Of a stretch of 64,000 nucleotides of DNA, positions 26,538-37,321 are shown piece after piece. Numbering within the stretch: the first letter of the stretch is position 1; the number at the start of each line of letters is the position of its first letter. The DNA comes from Blepharisma stoltei ATCC 30299 (taxonomy: Eukaryota > Protista > Ciliophora). A program made the translations under genes and the position numbers. The notes under the pieces were generated by a model. The model worked only from the letters and a program-made list of their open reading frames with translations, had not been told where the DNA came from and did not search any database. The DNA lies in NCBI GenBank assembly GCA_965603825.1, contig CBFDEM010000062.1, positions 1 to 64,000 on the forward strand, given 5' to 3'.

Positions 26538-28277
26538 TTAAATAGGATGTCTATGGAATTTAAAAATGTCTTCGATTTTCCTCATGACTCCAAGGGCAAT
26601 TTCGTCTCTATATGGTAAACTTGCGACATGGACTGAAATTGGGAGACCTTCAGTGTTCTTTGTGATTTCTCTGGCTCTAGAAGTAATTAAGTCATTATGC
26701 TTGCTCACATAATTCGTTTCTCCTTCATGGACAAAGCCAATCGGAACTACTCCTGCAGGGTAGCCAATTACGTTCCATAATGATGAATAGGCAAGTCCTG
26801 CAATTCCCTTAATCGACTCTCTGTGAGGAAGTGCTACAGAGCCAAAGGAAGGACTAATAACGACATCTAAATTAAGAGAAAGCCAATAATCTGTGAATTT
26901 TCGAGTGAATTCAGTAATTTCTCTATAAAGGTCAATATATTCGCTAGCTGAAATATTGGATTTTAAGCTCATTAATTCATGCAAGCGCTCATTTTTGGTT
27001 ACTTTCAGCAAAAGGAGGATTAATCTTTTTCATATTGGGTGGTTATTTAAGAAAAAGAGAACGTTGTAAAAAGATTCAGGAGTTTCACCATTTAAATAGT
27101 CTTCAATGAAGCGACTTCCACAAGTCTGGAGAACCTTAGTGAATAAAACTCCTCCTTGGTCAATCTCTGGGAACTTAAATTCTATAAGAGTGTGACCTTG
27201 CTTCTCAAGGGCTTCTTTGCATTCCTTAAGCCCTCTCTTTAAAGCAGGGCAACTTTCGAAATATTTTAAATCCACAAAATACCCAATCCTTAGACTATTT
27301 TTTTCATAAATTTCTTTATAAAGTTGGGTACTAAAAGGCAATAAGCAATAATTGAAATCATATTTTGACCACTTTTCCTGCCACCAAATTTCCAAAATTA
27401 GTTTCAAGTCGTCTACGCATTTTCCTATTGGTCCACAAGCGCCTCTTATTTGAAAATAAAATGGATTTAGTCCAAGTGTATGTGGGTTTCTTACCCCTTT
27501 TGATGATAGGCGATCTGGAGTTATTTTAAAGCCATATACCCCACAAAATGAAGCAGGAATCCTAACAGACCCTCCGATATCATTTCCTATTCCAATTGGA
27601 GATCCTCTGCAAGCTATCAATCCGGCCTCCCCTCCTGAACTGCCTCCAACTGTGAAATCTGGATCCCATGGGTTATCTGACCTTCCATATATTTCATTCG
27701 CGCTTTCTATTGCCATGATTCCTTGTGGAACATTAGTTCTTACAAATGGGATTGCTCCTTCATCTTTTAAAGTTTGGACTACAAAAGAGTCTTCAGTATC
27801 AGGAAAATCAAGCCTTCATGCGCATCCTCCAGATGTGGTACAATTTCTTTGAGAAAAAATATCTTTGAAACTGATAGGAACACCGTGAAGTTTGCCTATA
27901 GATTCTGGGTTTTCCTTAAGCTGTAAATCACGCAAGTAGGCCAGTTCTAAAGCTTCTTCAAAAAGTTCTTCAGTTGTTAAATTAAATTGACGGCCTAGTT
28001 TATATGATCTAGATATATAGGTTGCGGTTGCTTCGACTGATGAAATTCGGCCTTCTCTGATTTCCCTTGCTAATTCTGTAGCAGAAAGTGCTAAAATAAA
28101 TTCTTGTTTTGATTCTTCAACTTCTGGGATTTTGGGTATTTTTGCATCTCTTTCTGCTCTTTTTTTCAATGCTTTTTTATGAAGCTTATAGGAAATTCAC
28201 TTCTTTTTGAGGGTTGTAAAAAGTTTAATAGTGACAACTCCTGCAATTACGCAATAAGTAATTTTTCTACTTACCAT
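26538..28277 (-). CDS. Amidase-signature enzyme, fatty acid amide hydrolase-like
   Basis: N-terminal TM, LHGVPISFKD, GGSSGGE and GNDIGGSVRIPASFCG. Three ORFs share a frame and join at TGA; ATG at 28277. Confidence 0.92.
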
Positions 28278-28283
28278 TTATTA

Positions 28284-29477
28284 ATGAACTTTTCAGACTG
28301 TGAGAATTTTCTCAAAATCCTTATGAACGGTCCTCCAGGACATATAGAAAACACCAAAACCTTAGCCATAGCTTTCAACAACCCTCATGAAGGCTATAAT
28401 ATAATTCATATAACCGGGACTAACGGAAAAGGCACTGTGTCAAAATTATGTGCATCTGCATTAGAAAAATCAGGCTATAAAGTTGGTCTATATATATCCC
28501 CTCATATCTCAACTTTTCGTGAAAGAATCCGAATTAATTCAAAAATAATCCCCAAGCAAAAATGTGCTCAAATTACTGAAGAAATTGTTAAAATAACACA
28601 AGAAAGAAATCTATCAATTGGCTGATTCGAATATTTTTTATTTTTAGGATTTTTGTATTTCAAACAGGAAAATGTCGACTGAGCAGTCATAGAAGTCGGT
28701 GTTGGAGGATTGCTTGACAACACAAATATCGTAAATTCTTTTATATCAATAATTACATCAGTTGGTTTTGACCATGTAGAATTATTGGGACCTACATTAG
28801 AAGATATTGCTTTTCAAAAGGCTGGGATTATAAAAGAAGGAAGACCTTGTGTTATAGGACCTCATTGTCCTTTAGAAGTTATAAGCAAAGTGAGTAGAGA
28901 AAAGAGGGCTGAGCTAATTTGTGTTCCTGAAATAAGCGAAACAGCTTATAATGAAAATAAAAGAATAGTTTCTACTGCGTTTGACACTTTAAGAAGATAT
29001 GGAATAGAGATACAAGAAAATGTTTTGGATGGTTTGGATATACAGCAACCATGCAGGTGTCAGATCGAAAAAATTAATAATAAAGCAGTAGTTTTGGATG
29101 TTGGGCATAATCCTCCAGCAATTTCTCGGCTTTATCAAGATTTAAAGAATATTTTTCCTGGTTTTAAATTTGTTTCAATTTTTGCAATGACAAAAGGCAA
29201 AATGCATGAGGCTACCTTGAGGGAGCTAATAAATGGCACTGATAAGATTTATATTGTATCTTCAAGCCATCCCAAAATTGTTCCATATCAGGATCTAGCT
29301 GCAGTTTTAAATAATATAGCTCAAGGGCAGCTAGTTGGCTCAGGAGATTGTAATGAAACTGTTCCTGCAGTATTAGAAGAGCTCAGAGATAATGAAATTC
29401 TTGTGATTTGTGGAAGCTTTTATATTATGAAAACTGTTTGTGATTTACTTGGGATATCTTTAAAGGGCAAATTATAA
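28284..29477 (+). CDS. folC: Folylpolyglutamate synthase/dihydrofolate synthase
   Basis: IHITGTNGKGT, SPHISTFRERIRIN, VD(W)AVIEVGVGGLLD, DHVELLG, KAGIIK, LDVGHNP, ICGSFY. Confidence 0.93.
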
Positions 29478-29569
29478 TACAATTGGATTATATTTTATTA
29501 GTAAAATTATATAATTTCAAATATCATATAATTTATTAATTAGGTATCATGGCACCTTCCATGTCCCTT

Positions 29570-31046
29570 TTAATTATTTTGAGTCTGAGTAAAACCTTAT
29601 TCAATCATTGATTATCATTTTTCATACAATTGCGAGAATTTTCCAGTATTTCTGAGTACTCCTGGATTTTCTCTATTTTAATAGAGATATTGTGTCTAAT
29701 TAAATTATAAAATGAGACGAAAATTCCAGTATAAATATCAGGGTGTATGAGTAATTTTCCTAAAATTACATCTAGTAGTCCACTCTCTAAAATTCGCTTT
29801 GCTTGGTCAGTATCGCAAAGACTAGAAATATTGCAAAATACTCAGATGGCTTCTTTTGCAATAGTTTTGTATCATTTTTAATGTATTTCTTAATTTTTCA
29901 AAAACATTTGCACTTATAAAGTGACTAAAATAGATACTGCTATCTGCAGCTAAATTTGATAATGTCCAATATGCCTCTTTTCTCATACTCTCCTTATTAT
30001 AATCTATTAATCGAGTTAACTTTAAAAATAGCCCTGTATTTATGACACTATCTGGGCTCAATTTTTGAGTTGAAGAATTTCCAATATTTTTTAAAGCAAA
30101 ATAACTGATTTTAAAGTTTTGATAGTCTAGGAGAGAAATAATTCTGCCTAAGAGTTGGCTATCTAAAAAGAGATTCATGCTATAATTTTTTTCACTTATT
30201 TTGAAGAAAGAAAAAAGAGCATCTTCCAAAATTCCTTCATTTTGCTCATTCATTTAGATTTTTCGCAAAATAGGAACAAATATTTTGGTTTTATTAAAAT
30301 CAAGATTGCAATTGCGAGTGGCTAAAGAGCTAATGATCATGCAATTGTTCGGAAATTTTCACTTAAAAACTCATTTTCATGTATATTGAGAAAATTACTA
30401 ATAGCTGTGAGATTTAATTTCTGAAGTAATAAATTTTGATAAAAAGAACCAGTAATAGCAATATTTCCAATCGTTCACATTATATGCTCGAAGATTGGTA
30501 TTGAGTTATATTTCTCTAACAAATAATTTAATAAATCCAACGAATTTTGCGAAAGTAAATAGTCATTGCAGGATTTATCCCCTCCTGCGATATTTAATAT
30601 GATATATGAAACTTCATATATAAACTGCTCATCAGAGTATGAGATTAATTGAATGAGAGAAGGAAGGACATTAGATTGAATAACTTTTTGATAAGGAATT
30701 TCTGCTTTATACATAAGACGGCGTAATATTAAAGCCCCAGCTAGCTGCTGGCTACTAAGGCTAGAGCTTATTAAAATTGTAGCATATTTTATAGCATCAT
30801 CTTTAGAGAGATTAGCATTTTTCAGCTCTGATTCTATTAAAAAATCTTGAAGAGGATGAAATTTTTGAATATTTAATGTAGAAGATAATTCATTGGCTTC
30901 TTCAACTGAATTTAAATTTGAAAATTTAGTACCTTGCATCAAAGCATCTTCAGCTTTTTGAACATTTAATGAAGAAAATAATCCGATGACATTTCTAATG
31001 AGTTTTGATTTCCCTGGCTCTCATCAGTCTCCATTAGATCTCCAAT
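29570..31046 (-). pseudogene. Importin-alpha-like ARM-repeat gene, frameshifted
   Basis: YEVSYIILNIAGG, RKEAYWTLSNLAA and KEAI(W)VFCN, with frameshifts and a damaged start. Confidence 0.75.
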
Positions 31047-31076
31047 TGCGCAATTCTAAAATATTTAATATATTAT

Positions 31077-31466
31077 ATGATATCTGAAGATCTTGAAAAT
31101 CGCTATAAAGCCTTAATAAAGGAGTGCAACCAAGTGACTGAACTTAAACTGAAACAAAAAATCGTATATATCATATAGAAATCCGAAAGATGTCTTAGTA
31201 GTAAAGCGCCCAGGCCAAGATCCTGAAGAATTTACCAACAATAAGAAAAATAGATCAAGGTCCCCAAGAAATTTTGAACTGCATACAGAGCGTCCTCCTT
31301 TATTAAAAGGTTCTAAATCTGAAAGACTCCGAAACAAGAATATAGTGACCTCTTTATTAGGTCATCTTAAAAAAGCCAAGCAAGATTTATCTGAACAAAA
31401 ACCCAAGCTCGAGCTGCAAATGAAAGCTAACTTAAAAGTAACCCAAGAAATTAAAAAAAAGAAGAA
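31077..31466 (+). pseudogene. Truncated duplicate of the pinin-like gene
   Basis: Near-identical to 36417-36815, with an 11-bp deletion. It stops at the junction with the nuclease cassette. Confidence 0.85.
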
Positions 31467-32111
31467 TCTATATTTTAGCAGCTTAAGCTCTTTTTGGGTA
31501 ATTCTAAAATAAGAAGCAAATTTTGGTCAGGGTATTTATCAAACCAATATCAAGCATAAACGCTATGAAATTTTTTATCAATTATTGGAAATTATGCATT
31601 ATACCCGAGTGTATATAAGTATTACACTTAACTATATCCGAATTATTTCATAATTCTTTTCATTATATGGATATTTATTTTTCTCATCTGTATTCTCTTT
31701 TTGGTATAACAAAAATTTTCACATAAAAGCCCTGATAACTTCTTAAATCGTTGGTAAGCACAATAATCAAAATATTAATTTTTATAGTCCTAAAATCAGA
31801 CTCAGCTTTGATTAGACATGTAATTCATAAAAAAGATCTAAATATACTTTAGATTTAAAAGCATTTTGATTATAAATTATATTTGCTCATATATATATAT
31901 TTTAAAAAAGTCCCCAAAATGCAGCGTGTTACAGAAATTTGGGAATCTGAAATAAAGGCTGATCAAATATAGTAAAATATCGAAAACTAAAACTCAAATA
32001 AATAATCTAACTTATTAGCGGCTCTACAGACCTTGAAAGCACTGAAGAAGCCTTTTTCATATAATAATTTAATGTTTTATTTCAATAGCCCTTTATAAAA
32101 TAATAATTGAT

Positions 32112-35100
32112 ATGGAAACCAGTTTGCACCAATCCTTCTCAAACCTCTTAGCCTGGTCAGAAACTAGCCCTACAAGCACTTGCTCAACTGCTTATGGCAT
32201 AAAAGAAGTGCTGAAAATGATTTATGAAGATCGAATTCATATAATAAGCCCTGAAATCTCAAATGGATATTCTCCCGCCATTGAAGATGAAACATCAGGT
32301 GTCTTATTTTACATCTCAGCTATAAATCAATCACTTGAGAGTGATGGATACACGCTTAAAAAACCGCTTGTTGCATTTTGGGAATCAAAAATTCCCAGCC
32401 AAGTTTCAGAATCTTCTAAAGCAATGCAGCTAGAAAATTCACTATGGCAGATGATGGTGATTCTTCCAAAAAATCACACATCTATTAATGGAAATTCTCT
32501 TGAAAGAACCGCAGAAGCAGCATTTTTAATAGACTCGTTCGGGTTAGATTTGCAAATGCCGAAACTTATTAAATATTTGATACAAAATGAAATTGAAATT
32601 AGGATTCCTAGAGAGAATAGCCCTGCCTTGAAATTCGGTGGTCTCTTTCCTGGCGTAAATATTGAAGAAAAAAGCCTTAAGCTTCATGAGCATCCTCATG
32701 AAAGCGGACTGTGGTGTGTTTTCAATGCAGTTATGTTGATTTCAAGCGGAAACAATGATTTTTTAGAGCCCTTTAGTATGTATGACCCATGCTTTAGTTT
32801 AAAGCTGAGAGCTATTCTAAACACATATAATATCAAATTAGACATGAGTCCAAAAAGCCCTCTTCCTGAGTCGAATTATGACTCAAACGAGATTGAAATT
32901 ATTAATATAGAAATCCGCTCTGCATTGATTTCTGAAATCTCAGGCTGGGGAATGCTTGAAAAAGAAATGAAATTCGTCCAAAAACATTTAAAAATCCATC
33001 AACTTTGCACTGTTTGAGAGTATCAGCAATCAAACTTATGAGGAGAAGCCAAAAAATTTATTAAAAAAATTAATATTCAGCTGAGCAATAAAGGCTCTTC
33101 TTCATGAAGTCTTAAACTTAATTACAAATCAAGCACACCAAATCGTCCACCAAAAATTCAAAGTATAACACCTCCAACAAATCAAACAATCATGACGGCT
33201 AGACTTGATAGCAATTTGTCAATTAATAATGGAAAATTTACAAGGGCAGTTAAGAATAAAAGCTTTATTGATAAATCATTACTCATAAAAGAAATTTTAA
33301 CTAATGGCGCCCTCAATACACTCATAGTGCGTCCCCAAAAATTGGGGAAAACCCTTAACATGAACATGCTAAAATCTTTTTTCCACCCAAAATATGATGC
33401 TTATGGGAATTTTAAAAAATTGTATTTGTTCACCGGCGGCAAAGATAACATTGATGTCAACAACTTGGACAAAACAAAATGTTTGAATATAATAACTGAA
33501 GATAATGGTTATTATTACAAAAATTTTGCAGGGAAAATTCCGATTATTTTTCTAAATTTTTCCATAATATTTGAAAGAATTGACAATGAGTCTGCAGAGA
33601 ATTATTTACACAATGCACTTTCAGAAGTAATTAAAAATGCATACTTGGAATACTATCCAGAGTATTTGGAATCCTTGGAAAAAATTATAAAAGAATATGT
33701 TTCAGTAAATCCAAATGTTTTGATAAATATTAAAGATAAAGATATATCAGAACTAGAAATGATTATCGACACATATAAACTAACTTTGCCATCACACGTT
33801 AAATTGTTTAGAAAATACAAAGATGATAGCTCATCAATAATGGAACCTACGGCTGTGCCTAATCTTGCTAAGTTTGCTCATAAATTTTACAAAAAGCAGG
33901 TAATTATTATTATGGATGATTATGATACCCCACTTATTCAAGTAATAAATACTCCTTATGAAAAGGCTGCTTTAAGAATAATAGGTAAGTTTATGGACCC
34001 AATATGCATAGAAGCCCTTGATTGCATTTTTAAAGTGATAATGGTAGGGAATATACCTATTAAAGGAAAAGGACTTCCATGACTAAGATATGTTAATATA
34101 TATACAGTTCAAGATATAGAATATTCCCGATTTTTTGGCTTCACAGAATCAGAGGTAAATACTCTAATCGAGAAAAACTTGCAGAGTAATTCAGAGAAGG
34201 ACGTGCTAGAGCAAAAAGGATTAATTAAGCTGTGATACAACGGGTATAACCTTTGTGGAGAAAAAATTTACAATCCTCACTCTATAATAAACTGCATAAA
34301 TAAAGGAAAAACTCAAAATAGCAATCCTCTCCAGCCTTATTGAATCTTTGCTTATGACCTTAATCCACTAGTTCCAGCATTTAATGCCCTACAATCTTAT
34401 GATGAATTGTTTGAAATAATGAGAACTGGCTATCTTGAATTGCCAAGAGAAATTGACAGATACATAAACTTGTCATTAGATTTCAACAGCACACAAAATT
34501 TTTTTACTCTATTGTTACATGCTGGCTATTTAACACCATATAGCACAACTAAAATGGAAGAGAAAAGCCTTGCGACCACTTGAATATATGTAGTTCCTAA
34601 TAGAGAAATAAAAAAGCATTTTTACAACACGCTACTTTTAGAATGAATTAGTAGAAAATTAGGCTCAGGAAAAGTCAATATTGATAAGATAGTTAATGAG
34701 TTTGACACCAGCTTAGATAATAAATTTGAGTTCCAAAATCTTATCCAATCAAAGATTCTTGATGAAATGGTGGATAAAACTAGTAAAACAGAGGCAGACT
34801 TTCAAATCTTACTAGGGGGCATAGCGATGCTGGCCTCAATTATGACAATAAATTCAAATTACATATTACATTCAGAAGCACCAAATAAATTTAGGAAGAA
34901 GGTTGATGGGATTTTCATCCCTACCAAACACAAAAAAACTAGTGTTATCATTCATGAGTATAAGAAGATTGATACAGCTGATACTAGTTATGCCAAGGAA
35001 AAAGCGGAGGATGCCCTTTGGCAGATCTATGCAAAGCAATACATGAAGATTGCTTTTGATTTGCGTGATAGTGATAGGCATTATAGATATTTTGACAAAA

Positions 35101-35438
35101 TGATAGTCCGTGGTATTATTTTTTTCAAAGCTCAATACGGTGAGAATTGAAATATGCTGATTAAAGAGCACTCGTTCGACTTCAATAATGCTTTAAAAAT
35201 AAATGAAGTTTTTACTTCAGATGAAGGGGGAATATTGGCTGGATCAGCCGTGTTGTGTGGAGAAAGTGGGTCGCAAAGTGATAAGCTTGAAGCAAGGAGG
35301 TCTCTCGGTGGAGAAAGAATTAGCAATCTGATTAAAAATATTACTGGCGACAGTGAAGAAGAAACCCTAATAATGAAACGCAAACTTGACCCTGATAAAA
35401 TTAAACCAAATAAAAAGCCAAAACTTCGGGATAATTAA
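32112..35438 (+). CDS. 1108-aa protein: putative inactive Ulp1/CE-clan-like N-domain + AAA-ATPase-like (PF09820-type) + PD-(D/E)XK (PDDEXK_9-type) nuclease
   Basis: One frame interrupted only by TGA. Motifs: FIDKS, Walker A RPQKLGKT (33330), Walker B IIMDDYDTP (33912), FFGFTESEV, (W)YNGY, YNP, PY(W), LLHAGYLT, VPNREI, then VDG...IIHEYK...ALWQIYAKQY. Confidence 0.9.
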
Positions 35439-35511
35439 TGTTAACCTTAGGTTGAAATAATGTTTGCATTGATTAAATCTCCTAAGTAATTAAAGCACGA
35501 TTTCTTTTTCT

Positions 35512-36388
35512 AAATGTATTTCTTAATTTTTCAAAAAATAAAGTGTTAAAATAGATATTGGTATCTGAAGCTAAATTTGATAATGTCTATTATCTTGCTC
35601 GTTTATTAAGATTTTTGCAAAATAGGAATAAATATTTTGATTTTATTAAAATCAAGAGAATGGTTAAAGAGCTAATGCATCATGCAATATTTCTGAAATT
35701 TTCACTTAAAAACTCATTTTCATGTATATTGAGAAAATTACTAATAGCTGTGAGATTTAATTTCTGAAATAATAAATTTTGATAAAAAGAACCAGTAATA
35801 GCAATATTCCAATCGTTCACATTATATGCTTGAAGATTTGTATTGAGTTATATTTCTCTAACAAATAATTTAATAAATCCACGAATTTTGCGAAAGTAAA
35901 TAGTCATTGCAGGATTTATCCCCTCCTGCGATATTTAATATGATATATGAAACTTCATATATAAACTGTTCATCAGAGTATGGAATTAATTGAATGAGAG
36001 AAGGAAGGATATTAGATTGAATAACTTTTTGATAAGGAATTTCTGCTTTGCACGTAAGACGGCGTAATATTAAAGCCCCAGCTAACTGCTGGCTACTAAG
36101 GCTAGAGTTTATTAAAATTGTAGCATATTTTATAGCATCATCTTCAAAGAGATTAGCATTTTTCAGCTCTGATTCTATTAAAAAATCTTGAAGAGGATGA
36201 AATTTTTGAATATTTAATGTAGAAGATAATTCATTGGCTTCTTCAACTGAATTTAAATTTGAAAATTTAGTACCTTGCATCAAAGCATCTTCAGCTTTTT
36301 GAACATTTAATGAAGAAAATAATCCGATGACATTTTCTAATGAGTTTTGATTTTCCTGGCTCTCATCAGTCTCCATTAGATCTTCCAT
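35512..36388 (-). pseudogene. Partial duplicate of the ARM-repeat gene
   Basis: Copy of 29879-31046 with deletions and a frameshift (NSWIY* versus NSLDLL). Confidence 0.85.
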
Positions 36389-36416
36389 TGCAATTCTAAA
36401 ATATTTAATATTTAAT

Positions 36417-37223
36417 ATGATATCTGAAGATCTTGAAAATCGCTATAAAGCCTTAATAAAGGAGCGCAACCAAGTGACTGAAAAGCTTAAGAACTTGAAC
36501 TGAAACAAAAAATCGTATATATCATATAGAAATCCGAAAGATGTCTTAGTAGTAAAGCGCCCAGGCCAAGATCCTGAAGAATTTACCAACAGTAAGAAAA
36601 ATAGATCAAGGTCGCCAAGAAATTTTGAACTGCATACAGAGCGTCCTCCTTTATTAAAAGGTTCTAAATCTGAAAGACTCCGAAACAAGAATATAGTGAC
36701 CTCTTTATTAGGTCATCTTAAAAAAGCCAAGCAAGATTTATCTGAACAAAAACCCAAGCTCGAGCTGCAAATGAAAGCTAACTTAAAAGTAGCCCAAGAA
36801 ATTAAAAAACAAGAAGAGGAAATTCGAGTCCAAGCTCTTGAAGAAATTAATGTAAATTTCGAATAGAAACAAAAAGAGATTGAAATCCAGAAGAAAAACG
36901 AGCTAGATGAGCAGATAGCCAAGCTTCAATTTCAAATGCAGAAAGAGTCTCATGAAAATAGGACAGCAGTATATTGCAGCTATATTTTGACAGAGTAAAA
37001 AATATATAGCACTCAGCCTGGGATATTTTATATGCCCTATAAGCATAATGAAATTACCAAAAAAAGACTGGCACAGTCAAAAGAAAAAATTGAGGTAAAT
37101 TCTAGGCAGGGAAAGGCAGGAGTTTGGCACAGGCATCTTGAAGAAGAGGAGCTTAAAATGTCAAGGGAAAGATTGGAAAAAGTTGAAGAGGAGAATAAAA
37201 TCCTTAATATGAATAAAACTTAA
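36417..37223 (+). CDS. Pinin/SDK/memA-like splicing protein with two 15-nt introns
   Basis: RNKNIVTSLLGHLKKA and YILTDTQPGIFYMP resemble pinin motifs. Introns GTAAATTTCGAATAG (36852-36866) and GTAAAAAATATATAG (36995-37009) remove in-frame stops. Confidence 0.75.
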
Positions 37224-37321
37224 TTATTTTCCTTTTGAATTTGTCTATTTAGCATTAATAAGAATAAATTATTCTGCAGCTTCATATTGGAATATAAATG
37301 CCAAACAATCTAATCTATTTT

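Noticed and set aside
32112-35438. Bacterial contamination or chimeric contig
   Set aside because: TGA occupies conserved Trp sites, composition matches the host, and a decayed paralog is interleaved with host genes.
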